Of a stretch of 32,000 nt of DNA, positions 1 to 7,811 are shown piece by piece. Location: positions 1-32,000 of the forward strand of contig JBCBUL010000007.1 in the NCBI GenBank assembly GCA_039818165.1, written 5' to 3'. Under the pieces are notes generated by a model. That model ran no database searches. It saw nothing but the letters and a program-made list of their open reading frames with translations, and was not told the origin of the DNA. Position numbers and translations under genes: made by a program. This DNA comes from Pseudomonadota bacterium. GTDB lineage: Bacteria > Pseudomonadota > Alphaproteobacteria > Caulobacterales > Hyphomonadaceae. The first letter of the stretch is position 1, and each line of letters opens with the position of its first letter.

Positions 1-218
1 AAATCACGCACAGTGCACTGTAAATATGTGGTATTTTACGCCTTCTTGGAAGCAGTTTTTGCTGCCTGCGCGAAAATTAGCTGTAAATGCCCTGCTAGCA
101 GGGAAGAACGCCAAACCTGACCGGCTTTGGACGGCTTGGGAGACAAACCGGCTTTTGGGCGCGATTGGAGACGAAACTCGGAGAATAAGCGCACGGATAA
201 TCGCTGTTCAGTGAGATA

Positions 219-239
219 AGTCCCAGAGAAGTCGGGACT
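219..239. terminator. Short GC hairpin about 43 nt downstream of tRNA-Ser (possible weak or bidirectional terminator)
   Basis: AGTCCC-N9-GGGACT (219-224 / 234-239), followed on + by ATTTAT. On the minus strand it lies just past the tRNA 3' end, but the U-tail is poor. Confidence 0.3.
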
Positions 240-281
240 ATTTATGGCCGTCTCAGAATACGCTGAAATCAACAGACTGCG

Positions 282-371
282 TGGCGGAGAGACAGGGATT
301 CGAACCCTGGGTACTCTTGCGAGCACAACGGTTTTCGAGACCGTCCTATTCAACCACTCTAGCACCTCTCC
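282..371 (-). tRNA. tRNA-Ser, anticodon CGA, class II tRNA with long variable arm; CCA encoded
   Basis: The reverse complement reads GGAGAGG-TG-D arm-ACGGT/CTCGAAA/ACCGT-17-nt variable arm-CAGGG/TTCGAAT/CCCTG-TCTCTCC-G-CCA. It has a 7-bp acceptor stem (one G-U), a canonical T-loop, and anticodon loop CU-CGA-AA. Length is 90 nt. Confidence 0.93.
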
Positions 372-486
372 GCGGCTGAACGCGACGGGTTACTCCGCTC
401 GCCGCCGGGTTTCAAGGGCTGAAATCCCAAAACACGCACATATGGGTTTGACTCTGCACCGGCCTTGGTGTTTATCACGCGCTTCA

Positions 487-526
487 CGCCCGGAGCCCTT
501 ACGGCGCGCCGGGCGGTTTTCATTTT
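487..526 (+). promoter_or_regulatory. Terminator-like hairpin plus U-run inside the rplU 5' leader (candidate attenuator / r-protein leader)
   Basis: CGCCCGG (487-493) pairs with CCGGGCG (509-515), with extra internal G-C pairs, then GTTTTCATTTT (516-526). It lies between a TTGACT -35-like hexamer (448-453) and the rplU SD (GAAAGGA, 566-572). A second GC hairpin sits at about 535-559. Confidence 0.4.
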
Positions 527-580
527 AGGTTTCCGCGCGCGCCACTGTGTGCAGCGCGCCAAGTCGAAAGGACATGGCCC

Positions 581-1258
581 ATGTTCGCGGTCATCAAGAC
601 GGGCGGCAAGCAATATAAAGTCGCAGAGGGCGACGAGATTGTTGTCGAAAAACTGATCGGTGATGCCGGTGAAGATGTGACCTTCGGCGATGTCCTGATG
701 CTGGGCGAAGGCGGCGATGTGAAAGTGGGCGCGCCCACCGTTTCCGGCGCCAGCGTGGTCGGCGAGATCGCCGAACAGCGCAAGGGCGAGAAGGTGATGA
801 TCTTCAAAAAGCGCCAGCGCAATACGTATCGTCGCAAGAAGGGCCACCGCCAGCTGGAAACCGTCGTGAAGATCACGTCGATCCTGGCCGACGGCAAGAA
901 AGCACCCGCCAAGAAGAAAGCCGCTCCGAAGAAAGAGGAGCCAAAGAAAGAGGCTCCGAAAACGGAAGCACCCAAGGCCGAAGCCAAGCCCGCGCCCGCA
1001 AAGGCAGACACGGCAGCGATGGATTCGCGCGGTCGCTTGTCCGGACCACAGGGCGAGGCCGACGATCTGAAGAAGATCAAGGGTGTTGGCAAGGTTCTGG
1101 AAGGCAAACTGAACGATGCTGGCATCTACCACTTCTGGCAGGTGGCGGCGCTGAAGGCTGACCAGATCACTGAACTGGAAGAAGAGATGAGCTTTCCTGG
1201 CCGGATTGAGCGCGACAACTGGGTCGAGCAGGCCAGCGAACTGGCGAAAGAGGCGTAG
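581..1258 (+). CDS. rplU: 50S ribosomal protein L21 with about 120-aa C-terminal extension (K/A/P/E-rich linker + HhH-like domain)
   Basis: N-terminus [25 protein letters not shown]...[18 protein letters not shown] is canonical L21. An SD lies 9 nt upstream and rpmA follows. Residues 104-225 are an add-on. Confidence 0.95.
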   Translation: MFAVIKTGGKQYKVAEGDEIVVEKLIGDAGEDVTFGDVLMLGEGGDVKVGAPTVSGASVVGEIAEQRKGEKVMIFKKRQRNTYRRKKGHRQLETVVKITSILADGKKAPAKKKAAPKKEEPKKEAPKTEAPKAEAKPAPAKADTAAMDSRGRLSGPQGEADDLKKIKGVGKVLEGKLNDAGIYHFWQVAALKADQITELEEEMSFPGRIERDNWVEQASELAKEA

Positions 1259-1298
1259 GTCGGGTATACCCCACCTGTAGAGGATACGAGGCAAACCG

Positions 1299-1568
1299 AT
1301 GGCCCATAAAAAATCAGGCGGCTCGTCCAAGAACGGTCGCGATTCAAATCCAAAGTTTCTTGGCGTGAAGAAGTATGGCGGAGAGCACGTGGTGCCCGGC
1401 AACATCATCATCCGCCAGCGCGGCACGAAGACGTATCCAGGTCAGAATGTCGGCATGGGCAAGGACCACACCCTGTTTGCGCTGACCGAAGGCAAGGTCG
1501 AGTTCCGCCGCAAGGCCGGAAACCGCCAATATGTCTCCGTCGTACCGCTAGCAGACGCAGCAGAATAG
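1299..1568 (+). CDS. rpmA: 50S ribosomal protein L27
   Basis: [29 protein letters not shown]...IIIRQRGTK is canonical L27. Conserved rplU-rpmA pairing. Confidence 0.97.
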   Translation: MAHKKSGGSSKNGRDSNPKFLGVKKYGGEHVVPGNIIIRQRGTKTYPGQNVGMGKDHTLFALTEGKVEFRRKAGNRQYVSVVPLADAAE

Positions 1569-1612
1569 CAGCTCGGATACGGGCTGCGGCCCGTAGCAGA
1601 CACAGATGTTTG

Positions 1613-1639
1613 GGGAGGCGGGCCGCGCCTCCCTTTTTT
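1613..1639 (+). terminator. Rho-independent terminator after rpmA
   Basis: GGGAGGCG (1613-1620), loop GGCCG, CGCCTCCC (1626-1633) form a perfect 8-bp GC stem, followed by TTTTTT (1634-1639). Confidence 0.8.
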
Positions 1640-1696
1640 ATTGTCCTCCCCAGGCCAGGACGGCTCATTCCAGAGCCAAGGACAGGGGATGGACTC

Positions 1697-2203
1697 ATGG
1701 AACGCGCGCTGACCACTGAAAGGCTGCATCTGAAGGCAATAGACCCTGCCGATGCCGAGGTCGTGGCGCCGCACTGCGCAGAACCGGCGATTTATCGCAT
1801 GTTGACGAAAATGCCGCCCAACCAATCGGTGGCGGACACCCGAGCATTTCTGGAAGCGACGGCAATGGACCGCGACGCGCATGGCTATACGATTTGGGCC
1901 GGTGAAGAATTCGCAGGGATCGTGAGCCTCACCCGGCAAAGCCATGGCTTCTATCTGTTGGGCTACTGGTCGGTTGTTTCGGCCTGGGGAAAGGGCTACA
2001 TGACCGAAGCCGCAGGCGCGCTGCGCGTAGCGTTCGTTGAAGAGACCGGGATCGGGATTCTGCAATCCGGCTACTTCTCGGACAACCCGGCCTCAGGCCG
2101 GGTCCTCCGTAAACTCGGATTTCTCCCTTGCGGCCGACAGTCCGTTTACAGTCTCGGCCGCGATTGCTTTGTGGACCATCAAGACATGGTCTGGGTTTCC
2201 TAA
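1697..2203 (+). CDS. GNAT-family N-acetyltransferase (RimJ/RimL-like)
   Basis: TERLHLKAIDPADAE..., GYWSVVSAWGKGYMTEAAGAL and NPASGRVLRKLGF are typical GNAT motifs A/B. I chose the ATG at 1697 (SD AGGGGA upstream), which lies after the rpmA terminator, rather than the track start at 1610. A GNAT after rplU-rpmA is common synteny in Alphaproteobacteria. Confidence 0.8.
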   Translation: MERALTTERLHLKAIDPADAEVVAPHCAEPAIYRMLTKMPPNQSVADTRAFLEATAMDRDAHGYTIWAGEEFAGIVSLTRQSHGFYLLGYWSVVSAWGKGYMTEAAGALRVAFVEETGIGILQSGYFSDNPASGRVLRKLGFLPCGRQSVYSLGRDCFVDHQDMVWVS

Positions 2204-2212
2204 CGGAGCAGG

Positions 2213-3916
2213 CTACTCCTCGAACTCCCCAGGTTGGCTCTTGTCGATCACCGGATGCGCATGGTCCGGGTCGTCATTGGCTTTGTGCATTGCCACCACG
2301 ACGCCGGACAGGGCAATGATCGCAATGAGGTTCGGGAAGGCCATGGAGGCGTTGGCAATGTCGCCGAGCAGCCAGAGATAGTCCGTATAATCGGTAGCCA
2401 ACGTACCAAGAAACACGACGATCACCCATAAATATCGGAACGGGTGTGTCGCCCACTCTCCAATCAAATAAGTGACAGCTTGTTCGCCGTAGTACGACCA
2501 GCCAATAATTGTTGTGAAGGCAAAGAAGAACAGCGCCACCGGAACGATGAAGGCCCCAACCACTGGTATTGCCTCAGCATAAGCTCGTGTCGTGATCGCG
2601 GACGAGCTCGCGTCGGTTTCCCAAGCATGTTTCACATCTATCAGAACGTTGGGGTCGCTGGCTGCGGCCAGGGAGTTCGCCGGCACATCGATGCCTGTCG
2701 CGGCACAGGATGTCAGATAGGATGCGGCGAGCGCGCCATTGTCGGCGATTTTCTCCTCGCGTTCCTCTTCATAAGCGCTTGGGAACAAATCGCCCACGGT
2801 GAGTTCCCCTGGCAGGGCGACGCCCGCATCTGCACACACATTGGCGGTGATCAGGGATGGGCTACGCTTGAAGTCACCTTGTACAGTAAGGATCACCAGC
2901 GCTGTCATGGTGCAGATGATGATCGTGTCGATGAAGACACCGATCATGGCGATTTCGCCTTGCATAACTGGGTTTTTCGTCTGCGCCGCCGCGTGGGCAA
3001 TCGGCGCTGAGCCCTGGCCCGCTTCGTTTGAGAAGAGGCCCCGGGCGATACCGAACCGCACCGCTTGCATCATGCCGTAACCCGCTGCGCCGCCAACGGC
3101 CTCGCGGAATCCGAACGCTGAGGTGATGATCTCCATGAATGCGCCTGGAACCAGCGGCGCGTTCACGACCAGCACGCAAAAGGCGATCAATACATAAAGC
3201 GCTGCCATAACGGGCACGACCTTGCCCGCCACGCTGCCGATAGATTTGATACCGCCAATGATGACGGCAAACACAAGGACGGCGATGACAATGCCGAACG
3301 CCCAGTTGGGAATTCCGAGCCCTATCTGGTTGTTGGAAAGCTCCATGGCCGCTTCTGTGATGGAATTCGCCTGGATCATGGAGCCGGTCGCCATGGCAGA
3401 GAACAGCGTACCGAGACAGAAGATGACTGCGAGCCAGCCCCAGCCCTTTCCGAGGCCATTCTTGATGTAATACATCGGCCCGCCATTGATGCGGCCATAT
3501 TCATCGGTCTCACGATATTTCAACGCGAGGGAGCTTTCGGAGAAGGCCAGCGCCATGCCGAAAAGCGCTGTCACCCACATCCAGAAGATCGCGCCAGGGC
3601 CACCAAGGGTGAGCGCGGTCGCTACGCCAGCGAGATTGCCCGTGCCGACCTGGCCTGAGAGAGCAGTTGAGAGGGCCTGCCAGGGCGTGATGGCCCCGTC
3701 TTCACCCTGCGCCTTACGGCCGTCCCATACCTCTTTGAGGGCGGGGACAAAGCGCATGAGCGGGCGCGCGCCAATCCGCACCATCATGAATAGACCCGTT
3801 CCGAGCAAGACGATGGCCAGTGGGCCGATCTGGTAAGGGAAAATAACGGTATCCCCCCAGGTGCCGCCCCAAATCAGGCCAGATACGTTCTGAATAACAC
3901 CAACAATCGATTCCAA
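2213..3916 (-). CDS. Alanine/glycine:cation (sodium) symporter, AGCS family
   Basis: ITPWQALSTALSGQVGTGNLAGVATALTLGGPGAIFWMWVTALFGM, FSNEAGQGSAPIAHAAA and FAFTTIIGWSYYGE are hallmark AGCS motifs. Multi-TM protein of 567 aa. Confidence 0.9.
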   Translation of the reverse strand: MESIVGVIQNVSGLIWGGTWGDTVIFPYQIGPLAIVLLGTGLFMMVRIGARPLMRFVPALKEVWDGRKAQGEDGAITPWQALSTALSGQVGTGNLAGVATALTLGGPGAIFWMWVTALFGMALAFSESSLALKYRETDEYGRINGGPMYYIKNGLGKGWGWLAVIFCLGTLFSAMATGSMIQANSITEAAMELSNNQIGLGIPNWAFGIVIAVLVFAVIIGGIKSIGSVAGKVVPVMAALYVLIAFCVLVVNAPLVPGAFMEIITSAFGFREAVGGAAGYGMMQAVRFGIARGLFSNEAGQGSAPIAHAAAQTKNPVMQGEIAMIGVFIDTIIICTMTALVILTVQGDFKRSPSLITANVCADAGVALPGELTVGDLFPSAYEEEREEKIADNGALAASYLTSCAATGIDVPANSLAAASDPNVLIDVKHAWETDASSSAITTRAYAEAIPVVGAFIVPVALFFFAFTTIIGWSYYGEQAVTYLIGEWATHPFRYLWVIVVFLGTLATDYTDYLWLLGDIANASMAFPNLIAIIALSGVVVAMHKANDDPDHAHPVIDKSQPGEFEE

Positions 3917-4056
3917 AGGCTCGCTCCCAGCCAGGTTTGTTTACAGTTTCGCGACACAGTAAGGGCGCGCGCGATAATGCCAAGCGCCAAGGCACAATTC
4001 TGCTCTTGTGTGGCATGATTGCGCATGTGTTGATGGGGCAATGCGGAGGATGCGGC

Positions 4057-4731
4057 ATGAAACGGCTCTACCATTGGTCGCTGGACCCCGTGGCACGCAC
4101 GGCAAGGCTGGCCCTGGCGGAAAAACGCATCGGTTTTGAAGAGGTGGAAACGCGTCCCTGGGCCGTGCATCCAGATATGGAACGCCTCGGCCCCGGCGCG
4201 GCGCCACCTGCCTTCATCGACTCGGGCGGCGAAGGACGGATCACACTGCTCGGTTCCCACGCTCTGATTGAGTATCTTGATGACGCGTATCCCAATCCAA
4301 GGCTGATCCCCGCTGGCCACCAGGACGCAGCCGAAACCCGGCGCCTGTGGCGCTGGTGCGAGGACAGTTTCCAAGTTGTGACGGAGACCTTGCTGGCCGA
4401 AAGAACGGCCCAGTGGGTGCGCCGCGACCGTGAGCCGGACTCCGGGGCGCTTCGCAAAGGCGCCCATGCCCTGCGTGGGCGATTGACGTTTCTCAACGCG
4501 CTGACGGAGACGCGCTCCTACGTGGCTGGACGCCATCTCTCCGTGGCGGATCTCGCCGTCGCAGCGCATCTGTCCAGCCTTGATTATTTTGGCGATGTGG
4601 ATTGGAGCGCCGTCGCAGATCTTCGCGCCTGGTATGCCCGGCTGAAGTCGCGGCCGTCCTTCCGCAGTCTGTTGAGCGACCGGATCGAGGGAACCCGGCC
4701 GTCCGCACATTATACAAACCTGGATTTCTAG
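4057..4731 (+). CDS. Glutathione S-transferase family protein
   Basis: The N-terminal thioredoxin-like part (MKRLYHWSLDPVARTARLALAEKRIGFEEVE) and the C-terminal helical part (YVAGRHLSVADLAVAAHLSSLDYFG...WYARLKSRPSF) fit the GST fold. Start is the ATG at 4057 with GGAGGA 7 nt upstream. The track's upstream 40 codons were rejected. Confidence 0.75.
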   Translation: MKRLYHWSLDPVARTARLALAEKRIGFEEVETRPWAVHPDMERLGPGAAPPAFIDSGGEGRITLLGSHALIEYLDDAYPNPRLIPAGHQDAAETRRLWRWCEDSFQVVTETLLAERTAQWVRRDREPDSGALRKGAHALRGRLTFLNALTETRSYVAGRHLSVADLAVAAHLSSLDYFGDVDWSAVADLRAWYARLKSRPSFRSLLSDRIEGTRPSAHYTNLDF

Positions 4732-5228
4732 ACGGCGATATTTTCAAGCGGCACGGCCGTCGTGCGCTTCGCCACACGAATGATTATCCGCGACTGGACA
4801 TCTGACACCAGCCCTGACCCGAGTAGCTTTGCCCGCAGAAACTCGTCATAAGCGTGCATGTCAGTGGTCAACACATGGATGATGTAATCGACAGCGCCGG
4901 TCACCGTCATGCAGTCTGTGACCTCAGGCCAGTCCTGAACGAGGGTCTCGAACGCTTCGAGATTCTCCCGGCTGGGCAGCGAAAGCTTCACGTTCGCCAC
5001 CACTTCAAAGTCCAGCCCCAGCTTTTGCGTGTCCAACAAGGTCACCCGGCGCGTGATGATACCGGTCTCCTCCATCCGCTTGATCCGGCGCCAGCAGGGC
5101 GAGGATGACAGACCTACCTGGTCTGCAATATCGGCGACGGACAGGGCGGCATCATCCTGGATCAGAGCCAGAATGCGTGTGTCGATGGGATCCAAGTCTT
5201 GCGCCAATTTATTCCCCTCATTGATCAT
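4728..5228 (-). CDS. Lrp/AsnC-family transcriptional regulator
   Basis: LDPIDTRILALIQDDAALSVADIADQVGLSSSPCWRRIKRMEETGII is the HTH_AsnC motif. The C-terminal RAM/AsnC_trans_reg part is present (VTGAVDYIIHVLTTDMHAYDEFL). Confidence 0.9.
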   Translation of the reverse strand: MINEGNKLAQDLDPIDTRILALIQDDAALSVADIADQVGLSSSPCWRRIKRMEETGIITRRVTLLDTQKLGLDFEVVANVKLSLPSRENLEAFETLVQDWPEVTDCMTVTGAVDYIIHVLTTDMHAYDEFLRAKLLGSGLVSDVQSRIIIRVAKRTTAVPLENIAV

Positions 5229-5331
5229 TTAGAGGCATAGAAGACCGCAACTCTCCGGATATCAACACCCCTGAGCAAGATCATCCGGGGCTTGAGAGGA
5301 CGGACCTCCAAATTGAGACAAAATTGTCACA

Positions 5332-6918
5332 TTATTCGGCCAGGCGTTGCTCGATCAGGCTCGCCGTTTCCGCCGGTCCATAAAGCGCGGCGAAACTGCC
5401 GAACCGCGGACCTTGGGCCGCGCCGAGCAGAAGTTCATAGAGCGCCTTGAACCAGTCGCGAAGATTTTCGAACCCATGATCCTTACCGACGCTGAATGTG
5501 AGCGTCTGAAGCGCTTCGGGATCAACCTCTTCTGCCGCCCGCAGGCGCGCGGCCAAATCTGCCATAGCCGCGCGCTCCTGATCGCTCGGGGCACGGTAGG
5601 CTTTTGTCGGCTTTACGAAGTCGCCATAGTAGCGAATGGCATAGCCGACCAAATGATCCAGCAAGGGATGGGACTCACGCGTGGCACCGGGCGCATAGCG
5701 AGCGATGAAGGCCCAGAGCGTGTCCGCGTCCTCCGCATTTGCGGCGCTGACAAGATTCAGCAAGAGCGCGAAACTGATCGGACTCGCCTGTTCCGGTACA
5801 TCGCCCGAATGGATATGCCAGACGGGGTTTTCCACTTGCCGCTCCGGCGTCTCACCAGGGTACTTCTCCAGAAATGTGAGATACTCATCCACGGCCTTTG
5901 GGATCACGTCGAAATAGAGCTTCTTGGCCGTCCGGGGCTTTTGGAACTGGAAGAGCGAAAGACTCTCGGTTGGTGCATAGGCCAGCCATTCCTCCACTGA
6001 GATGCCATTGCCTTTGGTCTTCGAGATCTTCTCGCCTTGTTCATCGAGAAACAGCTCGTAGACATATTGCTCCGGCGGGCGGTGGCCGAGGATGCGGCAG
6101 ATTTTGGAGTAGATCGGCGCATTGGCCTGGTGGTCCTTGCCGAACATTTCGAAATCCACGCCAAGCGCGGCCCAACGCATTCCGAAGTCGGGCTTCCATT
6201 GCATTTTTACATGACCACCCGTTACCGGCAGGGTCACGTCCGATCCGTCCTCATCCTCAAACGTGATTGTGCCTGCCTTGGCATCCGTGGCCTTCATGGG
6301 GACGTAGAGCACGCGGCCCGTGGTCGGTGAAATAGGCAGGAAGGGCGAGTATGTGGCCTGGCGCTCGGCCCCCAGCGTCGGAAGCATGACAGCCATTATG
6401 TCATCAAATTTTTCGAGTGCGCGCAGGAGCGTAGGGTCAAAGGTCCCGTCTTTGTAGCAGTCCGTGGCCGAGAAGAATTCATACTCGAAGCCAAAGCTGT
6501 CCAGGAAGGCACACAGGCGCGCGCCCATATGCGCGCCATAATTGTCATGTGTTCCGAACGGGTCGGGTACCGCCGTCAGAGGCTGTTGAAGATAAGGTTC
6601 CAGGGATTCGGGGTTCGGAACCGTGGGCGGCACTTTCCGCATCCCATCCATATCATCGGAGACGCAAAGCAACCGGGTCGGGATATCGCCGCCGGTCAGC
6701 GTCTGGAACGCATTGCGCACCATTGTGGTGCGGACAACTTCGCCAAACGTGCCGATATGTGGCAGCCCGGATGGGCCATACCCTGTCTCAAAGACAACTG
6801 GCGCTCCCGACTCGCGTTGGCCAGCTTTCTCCATCTGGTCGACCCGTACCTTCAACTTGCGCGCCAGCTCGAAGGGCCAGGCTTTGGCATCTTGGGCGAG
6901 GGCAGCGAGATCAGTCAT
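5332..6918 (-). CDS. lysK: Lysyl-tRNA synthetase, class I
   Basis: [11 protein letters not shown]...[24 protein letters not shown] (HIGH-type motif) and [15 protein letters not shown] (KMSKS-like) are typical of the class I LysRS found in Alphaproteobacteria. Start is moved to the ATG at 6918 ([16 protein letters not shown]). The 70 upstream codons of the track ORF look non-coding. Confidence 0.92.
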   Translation of the reverse strand: MTDLAALAQDAKAWPFELARKLKVRVDQMEKAGQRESGAPVVFETGYGPSGLPHIGTFGEVVRTTMVRNAFQTLTGGDIPTRLLCVSDDMDGMRKVPPTVPNPESLEPYLQQPLTAVPDPFGTHDNYGAHMGARLCAFLDSFGFEYEFFSATDCYKDGTFDPTLLRALEKFDDIMAVMLPTLGAERQATYSPFLPISPTTGRVLYVPMKATDAKAGTITFEDEDGSDVTLPVTGGHVKMQWKPDFGMRWAALGVDFEMFGKDHQANAPIYSKICRILGHRPPEQYVYELFLDEQGEKISKTKGNGISVEEWLAYAPTESLSLFQFQKPRTAKKLYFDVIPKAVDEYLTFLEKYPGETPERQVENPVWHIHSGDVPEQASPISFALLLNLVSAANAEDADTLWAFIARYAPGATRESHPLLDHLVGYAIRYYGDFVKPTKAYRAPSDQERAAMADLAARLRAAEEVDPEALQTLTFSVGKDHGFENLRDWFKALYELLLGAAQGPRFGSFAALYGPAETASLIEQRLAE

Positions 6919-7005
6919 GGCGAGGGCGGCTTTCAAGAAACGACGGCTGGATGCAGGGGCGTAGATAGGGCGCGATATCCGGTCAAGCGAGCTCAATGGA
7001 AAGAT

Positions 7006-7041
7006 ATGTCGAAAAAGTTTGACATGTCGAAAATATTTGAC
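7006..7041 (+). repeat. Two tandem 18-bp direct repeats in the lysK / membrane-protein divergent intergenic region
   Basis: ATGTCGAAAAAGTTTGAC (7006-7023) and ATGTCGAAAATATTTGAC (7024-7041) are 16/18 identical. Each unit carries TGTC-N10-GACA-type partial dyad symmetry and a TTGAC(A/C) -35-like hexamer. Confidence 0.7.
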
Positions 7042-7046
7042 CATAT

Positions 7047-7068
7047 GGTGTACAAGATCTTTTACACC
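7047..7068. promoter_or_regulatory. 22-bp near-perfect palindrome, candidate operator of the downstream XRE regulator
   Basis: GGTGTACAAGATCTTTTACACC matches its reverse complement at 20/22 positions. It ends 3 bp before the SD (AAAGGAGAA) of the 7082 gene. Confidence 0.5.
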
Positions 7069-7081
7069 AAAGGAGAACGCG

Positions 7082-7507
7082 ATGTCGTTCCGCGAACAAT
7101 CTGCATGGGCTATGGGCCTTATCCTCACGGTTGCCGGGCTGCTCTACTTCGGCAAAGTCTTCGCTGCGAGCCAAGCGCTTGGCGCCACCGCACCGCCAAT
7201 CATCGCATTTGTTGTGATTTATGTTGTTCTGGTGGTGATTGCTTCGATCATTGTCATGTCGCCTTTGGCGGCCTTCCAGGCCGAGGCGGCCAACGCCCCC
7301 GCCGATGAGCGCGAGCGGATCATTCTGAACCAGGCCAGAAACTGGGCCGGCTACGTTCTGGCCTTCGGTGTGGCGACGGGCCTGTTCCACTTCTGGGTCC
7401 AGAGGGATGGTAACATGCTGTTCCACATCGCCTTTGCGAGCCTGATGGCGAGTCAGATCAGCGAATACGCTTTTCAGATTTTCCTCTATCGTCGGGGACA
7501 TGCCTGA
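7082..7507 (+). CDS. Small integral membrane protein (4 predicted TM helices), function unknown
   Basis: ATG at 7082 with AAAGGAGAA upstream. Four hydrophobic stretches are visible ([60 protein letters not shown]). TGATG stop/start overlap with the following XRE gene. Confidence 0.7.
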   Translation: MSFREQSAWAMGLILTVAGLLYFGKVFAASQALGATAPPIIAFVVIYVVLVVIASIIVMSPLAAFQAEAANAPADERERIILNQARNWAGYVLAFGVATGLFHFWVQRDGNMLFHIAFASLMASQISEYAFQIFLYRRGHA

Positions 7508-7734
7508 TGGCCAAGCGCCCGCCAATCACCAACCGCGTGCGCGAACTGCGCGAGGCCCACGGCAATATGAGCCAGGCGGCCCTGGCAAAGGCCATAGGTG
7601 TCACCCGCCAAACAGTGATTGCCATCGAGCAGGGGAAATACTCGCCCAGCTTGGAAAGCGCCTTCCGAATCTCACGCGTTTTCGGCGTTGGCCTTGAAGA
7701 TGCCTTCGGCTGGGCGCCCTCCGAGGACGGCTAG
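7507..7734 (+). CDS. XRE-family helix-turn-helix transcriptional regulator (short, y4mF/YozG-like)
   Basis: ITNRVRELREAHGNMSQAALAKAIGVTRQTVIAIEQGKYSPSLESAFRISRVFGVGLEDAF is a textbook HTH_XRE domain. 75 aa. Confidence 0.88.
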   Translation: MAKRPPITNRVRELREAHGNMSQAALAKAIGVTRQTVIAIEQGKYSPSLESAFRISRVFGVGLEDAFGWAPSEDG

Positions 7735-7758
7735 AATGCGATTCAGTCGCAAAAGTAT

Positions 7759-7788
7759 TTGACACTCATTCGCATTTGAGTCTCTAAT
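7759..7788 (+). promoter_or_regulatory. Sigma70-type promoter candidate for bfd (TTGACA-N18-TCTAAT)
   Basis: TTGACA at 7759-7764 and TCTAAT at 7783-7788. The predicted TSS is about 7795-7797, i.e. at the bfd ATG (7797). No SD is visible upstream of that ATG. Confidence 0.45.
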
Positions 7789-7792
7789 TGCG

Positions 7793-7811
7793 AACGATGA
7801 TCATTTGCGTT
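7793..7811. promoter_or_regulatory. Fur-box-like palindromic site overlapping the bfd start
   Basis: GAACGATGATCATTTGCGT contains the perfect palindrome ATGATCAT. The core CGATGATCATTTGC matches 10/14 to TGATAATCATTATC of the classical Fur box. Flanking TTCGCA (7769-7774) and TGCGAA (7789-7794) form another inverted repeat. Confidence 0.4.

Noticed and set aside
1-281. Integrase or prophage at the tRNA-Ser 3' side
   Set aside because: No integrase ORF and no duplicated tRNA 3' segment are visible in the 281 bp available. The idea is kept only as a low-interest possibility that needs the sequence to the left.
26-528. ORFs 26..214 (+), 36..365 (-) and 244..528 (+)
   Set aside because: They overlap the tRNA-Ser gene or its flanks, lack an SD and lack the local codon bias. 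The region is better explained as non-coding.
895-1010. Apparent DNA tandem repetition (aagaaagc/gaagaaagagg/ccaaagaaagagg...)
   Set aside because: This reflects the in-frame K/A/P/E low-complexity linker of L21. It is not a CRISPR, satellite or mobile-element repeat.
359-1426. 355-aa minus-strand ORF (and the 201-aa ORF at 520..1125) covering rplU
   Set aside because: It is antisense to an unmistakable L21 gene. The translation is low-complexity (Leu/Arg/Gly/Phe runs), as is typical of shadow ORFs in GC-rich DNA. It also runs through the tRNA-Ser region.
3935-3962. Imperfect dyad TTTACAGTTTCGCGACACAGTAA and the shared CTGTAAA motif with positions 18-25 and 81-88, considered as TyrR/LexA-type boxes
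   Set aside because: The spacing does not fit TyrR (TGTAAA-N6-TTTACA), the E. coli-type LexA box or the alphaproteobacterial LexA box (GTTC-N7-GTTC). Three short matches in 32 kb are within chance.
6919-7128. 70-codon N-terminal extension of the lysK ORF (track start 7128)
   Set aside because: The extension crosses the AT-richer promoter/repeat region and has atypical composition. Class I LysRS homology begins right after the ATG at 6918.
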